Source: Podarcis cretensis
Taxonomy: Eukaryota
Direction: 5' to 3'
Length of the DNA stretch: 64,000 nt
Assembly: GCA_951804945.1 (NCBI GenBank)
Contig: OX638153.1
Location: 74,524,001 to 74,588,000 of the forward strand
The notes beneath the pieces were generated by a model. It was not told the DNA's origin. It searched no databases and worked only from the letters and a program-made list of their open reading frames with translations. Numbering within the stretch: position 1 is the first letter of the stretch; every line of letters starts with the position of its first letter. Made by a program: the position numbers and the translations under genes. Of the stretch, positions 1 through 12,595 are shown in pieces.

Positions 1-436
1 TACTCCAACAAGGAACACCCTATTGCCCAAAGAGTCACATCTTGTGGTTTAAAAAACACGTAAGAAACTATCTCAGTAAGAATCCCCATCAGAGTTATCT
101 CCAAGCATTCTACATTGCTCATGCCCATTAACTGTAGTTGGACAGAACTTAAAGAGCCCAGGGGTACATTGGGGTTGCATGAAAATCTTTTCACAGTCAC
201 AGGCCAGCTCAATGAATCCTGCTGGAAGTGCACCGACGCATTTCTTTCATGGAGTAAAATGAGATCTTGAAGAAGATGCAGCAATTCTCTCGTTTGTAAG
301 TCGAATATGGCACAGTTCTTGACTTTGAAAAGGCATAGTAAGGAACAAACCACAGTACTGATGTTCTCGTGCAAAATCTGGCAGTTTGGGGAGGCAGCAA
401 CTCTCAAAAGCCTTGCTGTGATCCAGTAGCTGAATT
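1..436 (-). CDS. ATR: ATR coding exon 4 (partial, runs off window)
   Basis: tag acceptor after CT-rich tract; [37 protein letters not shown]... Confidence 0.93.
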
Positions 437-3400
437 CTAGAAGAAGAGAGAGAGAGAGAAAATATTAAGATTTTAGTCCTATGCTCACTTTGAATACAAT
501 GAAAATTACTTTTGGGTAAACTGGTACATGAGCAGGCTGCAAATCTTGTAGCACATGATGCATCTTAAAGATGTTTCAATGACCAGTAAAACAAGAGTTG
601 CTTCACTGGGCTTTGCATAGCTGTAGTTTCATTTCCCCCTCCAAGTTTGGTTTGGAGTTGTTACATTGCTGCTGACCACTTTCGGTTCTGTTGATTTTTA
701 AACTTAATTTTATTATTTGTTTTAATATGTGTCAATGACCCAAAAAACTATCCCTTGACTTGCTTAAGCGAATCCATTGCCAAATTAGTATTTGAATCCA
801 GGTCTAACCGTCAAACAAACCATAATTAACCAGTTAGTTGGTTCGAACAAAACAATAAGCTGTGGTTAAGCAGATATGGAAGTGAAAACCTTCTGAACTC
901 CTTCTCATGGCTGTGCTGGAGAAGAGAAAGTTGTTTGTGAGTGCACAAGCCCAAGGTTTACTGCAGCTGCTCTCATCACACTAAATTATGGTTTAGTGTG
1001 CCATCTGAACTGGGTCAATGAAAAGAAGAAATCAGTACCTGTGGTGCACACTATTGTAACGTAATTTACCATACCGAATTCCAAGGATTTTAAAATAAAC
1101 TTACCGATACAGCTTGAATCAGTGACACTTTCTTGATGAGGTACAGTTATATTTACAAATACAAGTGGGGATGATTTCATGATATGCAGAATAAAATCAA
1201 GCAACATCATCGAGCTTGGCTGAGACTCGGTTTTCTTAACAAGTTCTAAAGCCACTGAAAAGAAAACAAGACTCGTGTTATGCCACGGTAAACCTGTTCC
1301 AAGACAAATTTAACATTTGCTGTGCTGCAACAGACAATCCTGAACTGCAATAATGTATTCTTAAAAATGAATTTCATACTTTTCAAGGTTTGCTAAACAT
1401 GGTAAACAGCATGCTGTCATAATTTCTTCAATGCTACAGTGACTTACCTTCTTCATAAAGGAGGAGAAACAGGAGCACAGAAGTCTGAAGCTCAGGTTTG
1501 CTTAATCTCATCACAACAATGGTTTGTTGAAATGCCTGAATTATTTTTGTTTCTCTTTAAAACTCACATACTAAGCTGCAAGTCTATGGATCACAAATAT
1601 TTATCACCAACCAAAATCTGATACAGTAATTGTAACAAATTATATTAAACAAAATTGGCTGAGTCAGTGAAAAGCTTATTTAAATTGCCCTCTCAAACTA
1701 CTTTTTCACACTGGATGAAAGTTAATCTTCCAGTCCACTCCAAAAGGGTATCTCCCTACCCCACTTGAACTGCATTAGTTACCCCAACATGCACATTCTA
1801 TCAGAAGGCTTATTTGAGAATTGCCACTGATCAATATTTGGGAATAGGTCAATAGGGGTCAGAAATCATGCAGGTGTTGCCCTTTTGTAGATTTTCAAAA
1901 TATGACCCCTCTAGTATTTAGGCCCTAAATACTAAAGGGGCCTTATTTTTAGCACCTTTACTTACCAACATCTACATCCACCAGGATCCGATCAATGAAC
2001 TGGCAGAGTATTTGTCTTGGCTTCTTTACCACTGTATTGTATTCCTCTGGAGTAGCCCTGGAAATAAGAATTGTTTTAAAAGTTGGACCTGTGTTTCTGC
2101 TTAAATATGTTATTTTAACAATTTAAGAGTCTTTGCACAAGGCAACTATTAGTATCTTTAATATCAGACACAACACCAACTTTTCCTGAAATCTTACTGG
2201 GGAAGAACTTCCATTTCTTTTTTTTTACTAGCAAATTATTTCTCAATTGACACCAAGTTATCCAAGATGCCTAAATCTCAATCAGACTGTGAAGCATTTC
2301 AAAGGAGTACAGTACCTTCAAATTTGGTGTTTAGTCTCTACATAATGGTAAAAAGAATAAGGGTCATTGATTAGATCTAAGGCTGTAGATGTAACCCCAC
2401 TTTACACAGACTAAGCCCTACTGAATTCAACAGGACCTATTTCTGAGTAGACATTAAATGTGCTGTGTTAGCCAAACTTATTCATAGTTGATGGGGTGGG
2501 GGTCAAATGAGAAAACAGCCATTCAGTTGGGCAGTAAAAAGTGCTAACAATTTTCCAGTAGCAAAAGCAGGGCATAACAGTATTACTTCATGTAGGGAAA
2601 GGCCTGGTACAGATTTATTTCATGTCAAGGCACACTTTGGCTAATTAAAATCTTCTTTGAAATATGAAAGAGAAGAAAAAATGGTCTGTTGTTTTTTTTT
2701 AATCCAGGCACGTATTGCAAGGAGAATCTCACTGAAACATAATTGAAAAACAGAAGCATTTATACTGCAAAATTAATGGGAGTGAAGTTTTCCAATGATG
2801 GAGGTATTATATACAGTATTGGTATGGAAATATAGCTGTTGGTTTTTTTTTAAAGGTGCTCAAGTCAAAGAAATAAAGTAGCAGGTGGAAAGAGTTCTGA
2901 CAGGTGTTTAAATTATTTACTTTTACAAGTAAGGCAGCTTAAGTATGAAATAACCAGAAACTTGCTGTTCTTGACTGGTAAAACTGGAGGAACACACCAA
3001 GGGAAAGTGGGGAGTGGTTGGAGGTAATTAGCACTTGATTATTGTAATTGGAAATAGAATTACAGTATCAGAGTCTACCTAGAAAGCTAATCTCCCCCCC
3101 CCCCCACACCCAGATGAGACACTTTCTCTGTTGCTGGAGGATCAATTGTGGTTCCACGGTGGAAACTAAAGGGACACCTGCATATATTCCTTGCCAGCTA
3201 AAATTGCGGTTCGGGGTTCCAGCTCCAAACTCCTGAGAATCACTACTGCATTGAGACCCACAGGTAGAATAACGTTTTGATCAGTGCTTTTTTTGTTCCC
3301 TGGAGGGCCGCAGGGGTCCACATAGCCCTAAATATTTTGTGAATCTTTGTACTTTTGTCCCTTTATTGTATTTATTTTCCCCGATTTCAACTACAAAATG

Positions 3401-3860
3401 GTGGTTATCTTGAGTCAAAATGAGAGTACCCCTAAACATTCTTTTTTTTAAAGAAAAAAGCACTGGTTTTGCTACTTGGCAGGAAAAGGAATGAGGGACG
3501 GAACAAGGCTACATCTGTTCTATACTAGTTTTAACTGTCATGGCTCCACCCCATCCTGGGAATTGCAATTTAGTGCTAGGTCTGTCCGAGGCATCTAATC
3601 TCTCTCCCATTACACGGCCCACCACCCTCTTTCATCCTAGCCTACCTCACAGGGTTGTTGTGAGGATAAAATGGGGTCAATAAATGTATTGACTCTGCTT
3701 GGCTCCCTGGGGAGAAGTAAAATTAGGGGCACGGGAGAAGCAAGCAAGCAAAGAAAGAAAGGGGGGCATTTCCTACTCCAACAGGTTGGCCTGAGACCTA
3801 CCTGCCCAGTTCCTTAAGGGCAGGAATCATAGAGGCCATTTCCAGGCTCTGATCTGCCAT
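1..3860 (-). CDS. ATR: ATR serine/threonine kinase, 5' part (coding exons 1-4; gene continues beyond left edge)
   Basis: Spliced translation [85 protein letters not shown]...[17 protein letters not shown] matches the recalled vertebrate ATR N-terminus. GT-AG junctions keep the frame, and ATR-PLS1 adjacency is conserved synteny. Confidence 0.96.
1105..1254 (-). CDS. ATR: ATR coding exon 3 (150 nt)
   Basis: [34 protein letters not shown]...SCI; cag acceptor, gtaagt donor. Confidence 0.95.
1966..2057 (-). CDS. ATR: ATR coding exon 2 (92 nt)
   Basis: [30 protein letters not shown]; cag acceptor, gtaagt donor. Confidence 0.95.
3802..3860 (-). CDS. ATR: ATR coding exon 1 (59 nt)
   Basis: ATG (plus-strand cat 3858-3860), [19 protein letters not shown], donor AG|gtaggt. 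Confidence 0.93.
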
Positions 3861-4400
3861 TGCGCCTGCCTCTGTTTTCTTCCGACGCGTCTCCCGCCAG
3901 CTTACTTTCGACTTCGCATGGCTCCCGCGGAAGCAGGACGGAGGCTGGTAGGAGGCAAACTTCCCGGAAAGGCGTTTAGTACCGCCCTCTTTTTGCTGCT
4001 GTGCAGGGCAGCTTACAGTAGGGACTTCGACGCCGCGCTGCAGTCAACGACCTTCCTCGGCCCAAACAACGCAGGGATAGCTGGGCTGACATTAAATTAA
4101 TTGTTTTTCTCCGTGCAAGCGGGAAGCAGGGAGAACATATTGCAGCATCACTGTAGCATTTAGCTATTTAACAACCCGCTCTTGAGCGCATATTACACCA
4201 AAATTAATTCCACTGTGATGTTCTGCGCACGCGCCTTTGCTTCCCCCTACCCGGGGCAAGTGCTGGAAATTCTCAGCGAGCTTACTTTTGAGTAGGCACG
4301 CATAGAGTCACACTATTTAATCCCACAGCCCGTTGGGGCCGAGACCCTACGCCTCGCTGGGGTCGCATCCCTGCTGACGGTTTGTGGAACTACTGGATGT
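3861..4400 (-). promoter_or_regulatory. ATR 5'UTR / CpG-rich promoter
   Basis: CpG-dense patch directly upstream of the ATR ATG; NRF1-like GCGCACGCGC (~4225), E2F-like TCCCGCC/GCGGGAA, TTCCCGGAA at 3961-3969. Confidence 0.7.
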
Positions 4401-5314
4401 GAAAAGACCTGAGGTCTTATTGAAAGGGCTGCACGTAAAAAAACCTAAGCAACACGTGTTTCCTCAGTCCACCTTTTTTTGGTCATCTTTAAGGGATTTC
4501 AGACCTGAAAATACAAAAAAAAAATAAAAATATTTTTTTTAAATGCAATGAATGGGCTACTCAGGTTCGACCCACTGAAGTTCAAGGACACATCTTGCTT
4601 TGGTTCAATAATTCCAGCCGCTCTACTCTGAGCAGGGCTTGGCTGAATCCAGCCCAAGGTCACCGGAGTCTACGAGATATTAGCCTGTGGCGCGTGCAGA
4701 TCCGAGGCCTTCCGGGAAATCACACCCGTCTCTGCCCTCGATCCCGCACCTTGGGGTGGAGGTTGGTAATGATTAAACCGTACGACAGAAAAGCCCTCTG
4801 TGTTCCTGTCAATTAATTTGTGTGTCATACTTGAGTTCTGGCAAGTAAAGCTGTTTCTAGCATGCCCAGGCCTCAACAGAACTGGTTCACACACCGTGCC
4901 TTATCTGAAGAGCCTGCAAATACTGCAGATCAGCAGTTAATTCTTTCGGTTCTACCTTTTGCCAGATTTTAGCAATCTGTCCATGGTCCAACTTCTCAAA
5001 TGCTCTTGTGCTTGAATTCTGACTCTGTGCTTTGCACTAATATCTGGGTGGCCACCATGAGAACACAAGATGCTGGACCAGATAGTCCATTGGGCCAATC
5101 CAACAGGCTCTTCTTATATTCTTATATAACTATACACCTTCCATGCCTCCAGGAATATAAATGTTAACTAATGAGCAATGTATGCTATCACGCTGAGTAC
5201 AGGTAAGAATCCTGTTGGAGACCTCAGAGTTTCTCTCTCGCCCTAAGCTACCTTGCATATAGAAGTTCTTGATGCATGGTTTTTAGTGACAGCTGCACTT
5301 AATCTTCCTAATAT

Positions 5315-5580
5315 AGAAGAAGAAGAAGAAGAAGAAGAAGAGGAGTTTGGATTTGATACCCTGCCTTTCACTCCCTTTAAGGAGTCTCAAAGCGGCTAAC
5401 ATTCTCCTTTCCCTTCCTCCCCCACAACAAACACTCTGTGAGGTGAGTGGGGCTGAGAGACTTCCAAGAAGTGTGACTGGCCCAAGGTCACCCAGCAGTT
5501 GCATGTGGAGGAGCGGAGACTCGAACCCGGTTCCCCAGATTACGAGACTACCGCTCTTAACCACTACACCACACTAACTC
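5315..5580 (-). mobile_element. tRNA-derived SINE (Squam3-type) with (TTC)n tail
   Basis: GTGGTGTAGTGGTTAAGAG head, GGTTCGAG B-box; near-identical to the 17926 copy. Confidence 0.85.
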
Positions 5581-6429
5581 TGGATGAATTTTAACTAGCT
5601 TCTGTTATTACAAGTATATCCCACTTACCTCCAAAGAGCTCAAGGCATGAACGTGCATCATCCCCGCTTCATTTTATCCTTTCAACAGCCCTGTGAGGTG
5701 GGATAGGCTGAGAAATGGGAAGCAGGAATGTGAACCTTGGTCATCCTAGTATAATCCCAAAACCATACTGGTACTATCGTCCCCGATGTGCGTGTACAAA
5801 TCTACTCAAAACAGTTTATTTCCAGATGTAAATAAATAGGAGGATAACACTTTGGTTTGATTTCTGCTCTTCTCCTTTTTATATTGAGACATGATGTCCT
5901 GTGGGATTACAGTTGAGGACAGGAGTCACATCCTAACCATGCTCACTTAGAAATAATTACGATTAGTATTTCAATAGTTTATTTTTTCATTGGACCTGGG
6001 TATCATAATTCACAACTAGATAAAAGCACATGGTGCAGGAAAACCTAGAATCATTTTATGTGTGTTTCAAGTTTAAAGATTTGGGCGGGAAAATATGCTC
6101 TGGATCATGAGTGCTATTTACTTTGTGTGACAAATAACAAAATACGTATAGTAAATATTACTGTATATAAAAATCTTATTTCAGGCATCATAAATTTAAC
6201 AAAACTGAAGCAATCAGTGGTGCAGAAGGATGAGTAATTCCACTTCCAGGCAAGTGTACACAAGGAATTGTAGCCCTGGGCTGCAATACTATAAAAAAAC
6301 CCCGCCTCTTAGAGAGTAAATCCCACTGAGTAAACGTGCATGGGATTGCACTGTTTAGCATCTTAAATCGCATAGATTGCACGGGGGGGGGGGGGGAGAA
6401 ACCTGTGCAAAATCGCCAACCAAACACTG

Positions 6430-6800
6430 AGTAGCCAATTCAGAACTCTGCGATAATCAATTTATCTCTCTCTCACTCTTTTTTTTTTTCTTTTTAAGCA
6501 CACTGATAATCTCTGGAATTTGATCCCATAACGACAAAGCCAACAGATCCCCTCCCAGTTCCTTTTGCAGAGAGCGCGTTCTACTGATCCAAGCCCGCCT
6601 CCCATCTCCGGGGACGCAAGGCGATGGACTGCTACAGCTGCCAATCAGCAAGTGCGGCGACTGCCGGCCGGTTGCAGGTGTTCTCTCTACTTTGCGGCGC
6701 TTAGAGGAACCTCGCCTGGAATCGGAGCTGCAGCTAAATCCGACTGCGCGTTGCAGCAGCGGGCAAAGGAAGCAGCGCAGAACCTCGGGGGGTCTCACAG
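6430..6800 (+). promoter_or_regulatory. PLS1: Probable PLS1 promoter and non-coding first exon
   Basis: Second CpG-rich patch with a GC box (CCCGCCTCCC ~6594), CCAAT motifs (~6433, ~6640) and a donor CAG|gtacct at 6800/6801. No other CpG island lies upstream of the PLS1 start exon apart from the gypsy element. Inferred; no transcript evidence. Confidence 0.55.
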
Positions 6801-9800
6801 GTACCTCTCCCCCGCCCCCACCGCCCCCGTCTCTCCCAAGGGCAGAGAGCTCTGCATCCTTCCTTTCTTAGAACTACAGGGCGGCTGCTCAGAAATGCCG
6901 GGTTTATGTTCTCTAGGATGGTGGAAACTTTTGTGGGCTTTGTCAGCTCAGTTTTTGTTTCTTTCATTTGCAAATTGGCACAACCCCCGTGTCTAGTAAG
7001 CAGGCCTGGTGGGGAGTGTTGCCTAAGGCGTGTGAGGAAGGATGGCAACATTTTGACTTACAAAGCAGCTCTCCTCTCTCCCTTTAACAACTGTCCCCTC
7101 CTACCAAGGGAGGTGGTCATGTACGAAACCGAGTGGAACTTTATATTCTGCTTGTAACTGAAGAGCAAGAGAAGGCTGGGATTGTGTTGTGCCTTTACAC
7201 AGGCAGGATAGGATAAGAGAAAACCCCTTTCCTTTCTCTGCCTCTCATTCTTCGCGGGCAGAAATATTACAAGAGCGCAGTTGGGCTGGGTGGGTGTTTG
7301 TGAAGTGCCAGTCTAAAACCAAACTTTAACCTCCTGAGGGGAAAAGGTAACACCGTCAGTATATGGCCCTTCATTATTTCCTGAATAGTTTGCTGTTGGT
7401 CCCCGTTACTACATGAAGGCAGAGCTGCAATGCAAATTGCTGCGTAATTGCTGCTTCTCGAGTCTGCTTCTCAGTGCTGCTGAAGCTGCTTTTACTTCTT
7501 TGGAAACAAGATGAAGGCAGCGTGTTTGTGGCCCAGTTGTCCTTAGGGGTATAAGATGGATGCATTTGAGAGAGCTCTTGGCAATTTGTTTTTCATCCAT
7601 GACTGGCCACACCCAGATTCCCCCCCCCCCTGTATAAAATCTACCTACAGCAGTGAATTAAAGCATTCCCCCCCTCCTTGATCCTTTCAAAGATCAAAAG
7701 TGTGTCTGAGATCATATGGAAGAATTGGGATATTTCCAGACTTTCAGGTGCAGCAATGTTACTTTTCTTTTCCTGCAGTGTTTGATCCTTGGAGAGGAAA
7801 TGAGCGCTGCTTAACCTCAGGATCTATCTTGATGCTTATTGTATAAGATAGGAATGGACGAGTATGAAAAATTAATGCAGTGCCATAGACTGGAGAGAAC
7901 CAATACACAAGCGTCCTGGAAATTCTCAAATATCCTTATGGTTTTCTGAACAATTTTAAGTATGTATCTAATATGGTTCAGGAACATACTAAACTAACTT
8001 TCTGAATGTTGAACACATTGTGAGAATTGATAGCATTGGTTCTCAAAACCAGAAGGAAGATGTTCCTAGGGAGGCATGGAAGTTGAGGGTGGGGAAAATA
8101 TAGAAAAATAGAACAAGTTTTGTTTGAGCCAGGAACATTTTCCTGCTTGGCAGGGGGTTGGACTCGATGGCCCTTGTGGTCTCTTCCAACTCTGATTCTT
8201 TGATTCTATATGTGTAGCCAAGGGGAGGCGCAGCTGCCCCCCAAAATCAATAAAAATACATAGCTAACTTTGGGCCTGTCCCCCCGAACAAAGGACCTGC
8301 CCCACTAACAAAAATCCTGGCCAGGAAGGAAATAGTTCACTCATGAGCTGTTACTGCAACTGGCACCCTGGGGCCCATTTTCTTGTGGTACAGAACAATA
8401 ACTTCTGACCCATTGTGCTGGGGGGGTGTGTGGATGAGGCATGGGTGTCTCTTTATCCAGATCTGCCAACTCTACTGGCTGGGGAATTTGGTTGCCAGTG
8501 GGGAAGCCCCACTGGTGAAGAGCACTACCATGTGCAGAAGCTGCTGTCGCCTGTATCCTCACCTGTCAAAATAGGGAGTTTTAGGGGAGAGGTTGGACTG
8601 GCATCCTCTATTAGCTGGATTCTGAAGCTAGGTCTACTGCCCTCATGTAGCAGCACCTGGGAGCTGGTGTGGCAGAGGTATTTTCTTTTGCCCCTTCCAG
8701 GCTAGCATAAGAAGGCATTCTCTCAGGTACCCAGGACCCAAATTATATAGGGGGTTGTAAGTCAATGCAAGTATTTGAAAGCAGGTTTCGTAGCACATAG
8801 GCACCCAGTACAGCTCTTCAGAACTGGTGTTATACATTCACAGTAAGTCACTCCGGAGAGAAGCTTTGCTGCAACTTCCAAACCAAAGTCAAGGGCAATC
8901 CCACACAGACTTAATTACAGTAGTCCAGTCTTGAGGTTACCAGTTTGTGGATCACTGTGGTAAGGTTCTACCTCTTCAGAATGGCCATGGCTGGAAAACC
9001 AGCCAGCAACAGTAAAAGGCAGTCCTTGCCCTGGAGACCACTTGAGCCTCTAATGACAACAATGGCTCTAAGAGCACATCAAGGCTATGCACCTGTTGCT
9101 TCAGACCTAGGTACTACCTGCCCACAGCGCTTCTGTCTTGTGAGAATTCATTTTCAAGTTGCTGCTGTGGTCTGGATGAGCATCAGCCTCTAAGCGCTGG
9201 TCCAAGACCTGCTCAGTCTCACCTAACTTGGTACAGAAAAATAAAATTAGTTGTCATCAGCTTACAGATGACAGCTTGCTCAAAATCTCCAAATAACTGC
9301 CTGTTCGCTTAATTATTTTAAAGCATTTATATATAGCAGTGTAGTATTAGTATTTGATGTAGAAGGTTAGTTTACTTCATCTATGCTAAAGGAAGGACCA
9401 ATTAAACCAATAAAGTATGAATATATGCAAGAGAAGTAGCAGATGCATGTGTTTGCAAGAGTTCAGAAAATGTCTATTCTCTTGGGTACTTCACCGCCGT
9501 TCTTGATAACAAGTGTGATCGCTGGCAATTTCATCCATATATGGTAATTAAAGTGTCAGCCTAATAGGCTAGGTAGCTCACCTTTGATCGCACTGCTTTA
9601 TGTATTGTGCTGTGCTTGTGTGTTTATATATAATCTGTTCAGAACAACCTGTAATCAGTATTTCACTTAGAACTTGCAATGATGAACTGAAAGGAGTGTG
9701 TTTAGAGCTTAGCTGGGGTGCCTATGGCCCTCCAGATGTTGCTGAACTGCAGCTTCCATGTCTGACAATTGGTCATGCTGACTGGGGCTGATGGGAGATG

Positions 9801-12384
9801 GAGGCCAGCATTTATCATATCACACCAATGCCTCATCCTGTTGTGAAACTTAAGCCAACCATTTAGCTAAATAGGCAAGGATAAGAGAAAAGAAATATGG
9901 AATAGAAAACAGGAAATGATTTGTGTTATCTGTAGCTGCATGAAGTCTACAACAGTCTTATTGATTATTTATACAGGATTAAGATTTCATCCTTGTATAT
10001 CTGGCCTAAATTTCCCTTGTTTTACCATCCTCAGTAAGATATTGTTGATAACTTAGCAGCAAATAACTTACCTTGGGATCTCTGCCTGAATATGCGTGTA
10101 GGTTATGATCATCCAAAGACTTAGGCACATGCTGATAATGGCTTGAAATAAGTGACCCACCTTTCATTGATAAATTTGTGGAGGATAAAGCTGTCTAAAC
10201 ACTTTTTAAAGCTGTCTTAGTTGGTGGCCATTACCACAACATGTGGAAGAGAATTCCATAGTTAAACTATACACAGTGTAAAGAAGTACTTTTGTCTGTG
10301 CTAAATCTTGCAACATTCAGCTTCATTTGATGATCCTAGTATTTTGAGAGAGGGAGAAAGCCTTCTGCACAGCATACATAATCTTGCACAGCACAAGTAT
10401 GCCCACCCCCAATAACTTTTTTGTTTTAAACTAAAATGCGTCAAAAGTTATAGCCTTTCCAAATAGGGAGTTGCTCCAGCCCCTTGATCGTTTTAGTTCC
10501 TCTTTTGCAGATGCTTTCCAGCTCTAGAATATAATTCAGTAGCTTGGATCCTAAGGTAAATTAACTAAAGGAAATTCATGGGAGGAAATTTTTCCATTCC
10601 TTCCTTCCCACTGCTGCCTTGTGAGCCCTAGGGGTCAGGGAGCCTGAACAATGTGGGATAAGATCTGTGCAGAGCTGCTGGGGAAGAAGGAATCACTTGC
10701 AAACTGGGAGGACCTCTGCCCACGCCACAATGTTTAGGAGGGCCTCTCCGGCTTCTCTGGAAAAACTTTTTGGGTGGAGGGGCAAGGAAACTTATCTTAT
10801 GATACTGTATATTTGCAATGTGTATTTAGTAAACTGGCCTTCTGTGTGAGCTTTGCATGTTCTGTTTTTGAGTGTCTCTCTGAGTTACGTAATTGCTCAT
10901 CACTCTATTTGAGCATTAGTTCACTTTTGATCCTTATTGATCCGGTTGGACAATAGTGGCTATCCTTTTTACAATAATATGCCTGTTTACTACTGCTGAA
11001 AATTGCCACATTGTTTCCTACTTGTTCTTCTTTAACTGTGAGGAATTCTGACCTTATACATGTTTCTAAAATTAAATAGAATGAGGAAGATGCTGCCAGT
11101 AAGACATAAGAAGGATTTATGGATGCATGAAGTCTCTGCAATATTTAAACAACTTGTGTGATGAAGGGCAACTTAGGAAACTTTAACCAGATATAGTTAC
11201 TATTACTAGCCATAAGTGCAGGCCAAATACGTAAATCTGTTCCACTGTCAATGTCAGTTTTTCAGAATTAATTTGCCTACTTAATAGCTTTGTATATTGG
11301 GCAGTAACTATAATAAAGCAATAAACTTGTTTAACAAAAAGGTGGTATAAACCTGAATGCTACATTTTGCGTCACAAGCTGTTTCAGGTTTTAACTTGAG
11401 CTGTTCCAATTAATTCCAAGGGCATATTTATACAATAAACTTAAACTAGTTCCACATCCATTCCCTCTTCCCAGAAGACTCTGATACTTGTAATTTTGTG
11501 TGGGAAAAGGGAGGGAATAGGGGAGGCAGTAAAGATATATAAGAGAGTTTTTTCAGCACTTTACCTAACTGTAGCACAAGGCTGTTTGGAACTCTCATTG
11601 AGTTCAATCAAACTTATTCCCAAGTAACTGTGACTAGAATTGCAGACTCTTAAGGATGTCATATTTGATGGCACCATGGGTGCTTAATATTGCAAATGGG
11701 TCATTCAGATACTGCAAACAGGTAGTTGTCAATATGCCTTTTAAATATACTTAATTTTGATGCCAATGATGTGGACACTTGGGGGGGGGGTGCACCAACC
11801 CCAGAATAAACACCAATTTGGAAACACCCTAAACAAAATATAAGTTTGTAGTACAGATGCTTGAGAGATGAACTGACAAATATGGAGGTGAGGACAGAGT
11901 GCCAGACTCTGCTGAGGGTAACCCAGCTTTGAAGCCCCATTCATTAAACTCACCGGGTGACACTATAGTCCCCTTCAGATGTTATCCCATGAATTCCAGG
12001 GATACATGTAGTAGGGAGAGTGCCTGCTTCTGTTGGGTTCCCAGTCCTATGGAGGAGTCTATATGCATTCAACCAAATGCAGTCTTTGGATGGAGCCAAC
12101 AGGATGTCCATCAGGCATGACCCTGCTTCTCCCTCCACTTGTTCTTAGAACTTGTGGTAGGTCGCTTCTTAAGTGGGCTTATCTCTTGGTGGATTCATTC
12201 TTGCAGGATTGTTGAGAGAATTAAAACTTGTGGTGGTGGGAAAGAATGTACACTGTCCTGAGCTCCTTGGGAGAAGGGTAGGGTTGGATCTTCAGGATCC
12301 AAGAGGTAGGACTTTAGTACAGCAGAATGATATAAGGGCCAAGCACCACTTAGTCTGGAAAATAAGAAGTGCCAGAGTTCACAC

Positions 12385-12595
12385 TTGCGGTGCAGTAGTT
12401 GGGAGTGTTGAGCTAGGACCTGGGAGACCAGAGTTCAAATCCGCAATCAATCATGAATCTCACTGTAGGATCTTGGGCCAGTCACTCACTCTCAGCTTAA
12501 CTTACTTCACAGGGTTGTGTGAGGATAAAATGAGGAGAACTATGTACACTACCTTGAGCTCCTTGGAGGCAAGGTGGGATATAAATCAATAAATC
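12385..12595 (+). mobile_element. Older tRNA-derived SINE with L2-like tail (related copies ~14052-14300 minus, ~63940-64000)
   Basis: GAGTTCAAATCC B-box, CTTGGGCCAGTCAC core, GTTGTGAGGATAAAATG tail. Confidence 0.7.

Noticed and set aside
5283-5577. ORFs duplicated at 17880-18198
   Set aside because: Both are translations of the same SINE family.
6457-7157. Several overlapping ORFs of 60-143 aa
   Set aside because: Typical stop-poor frames of a GC-rich promoter region with no recognisable protein similarity.
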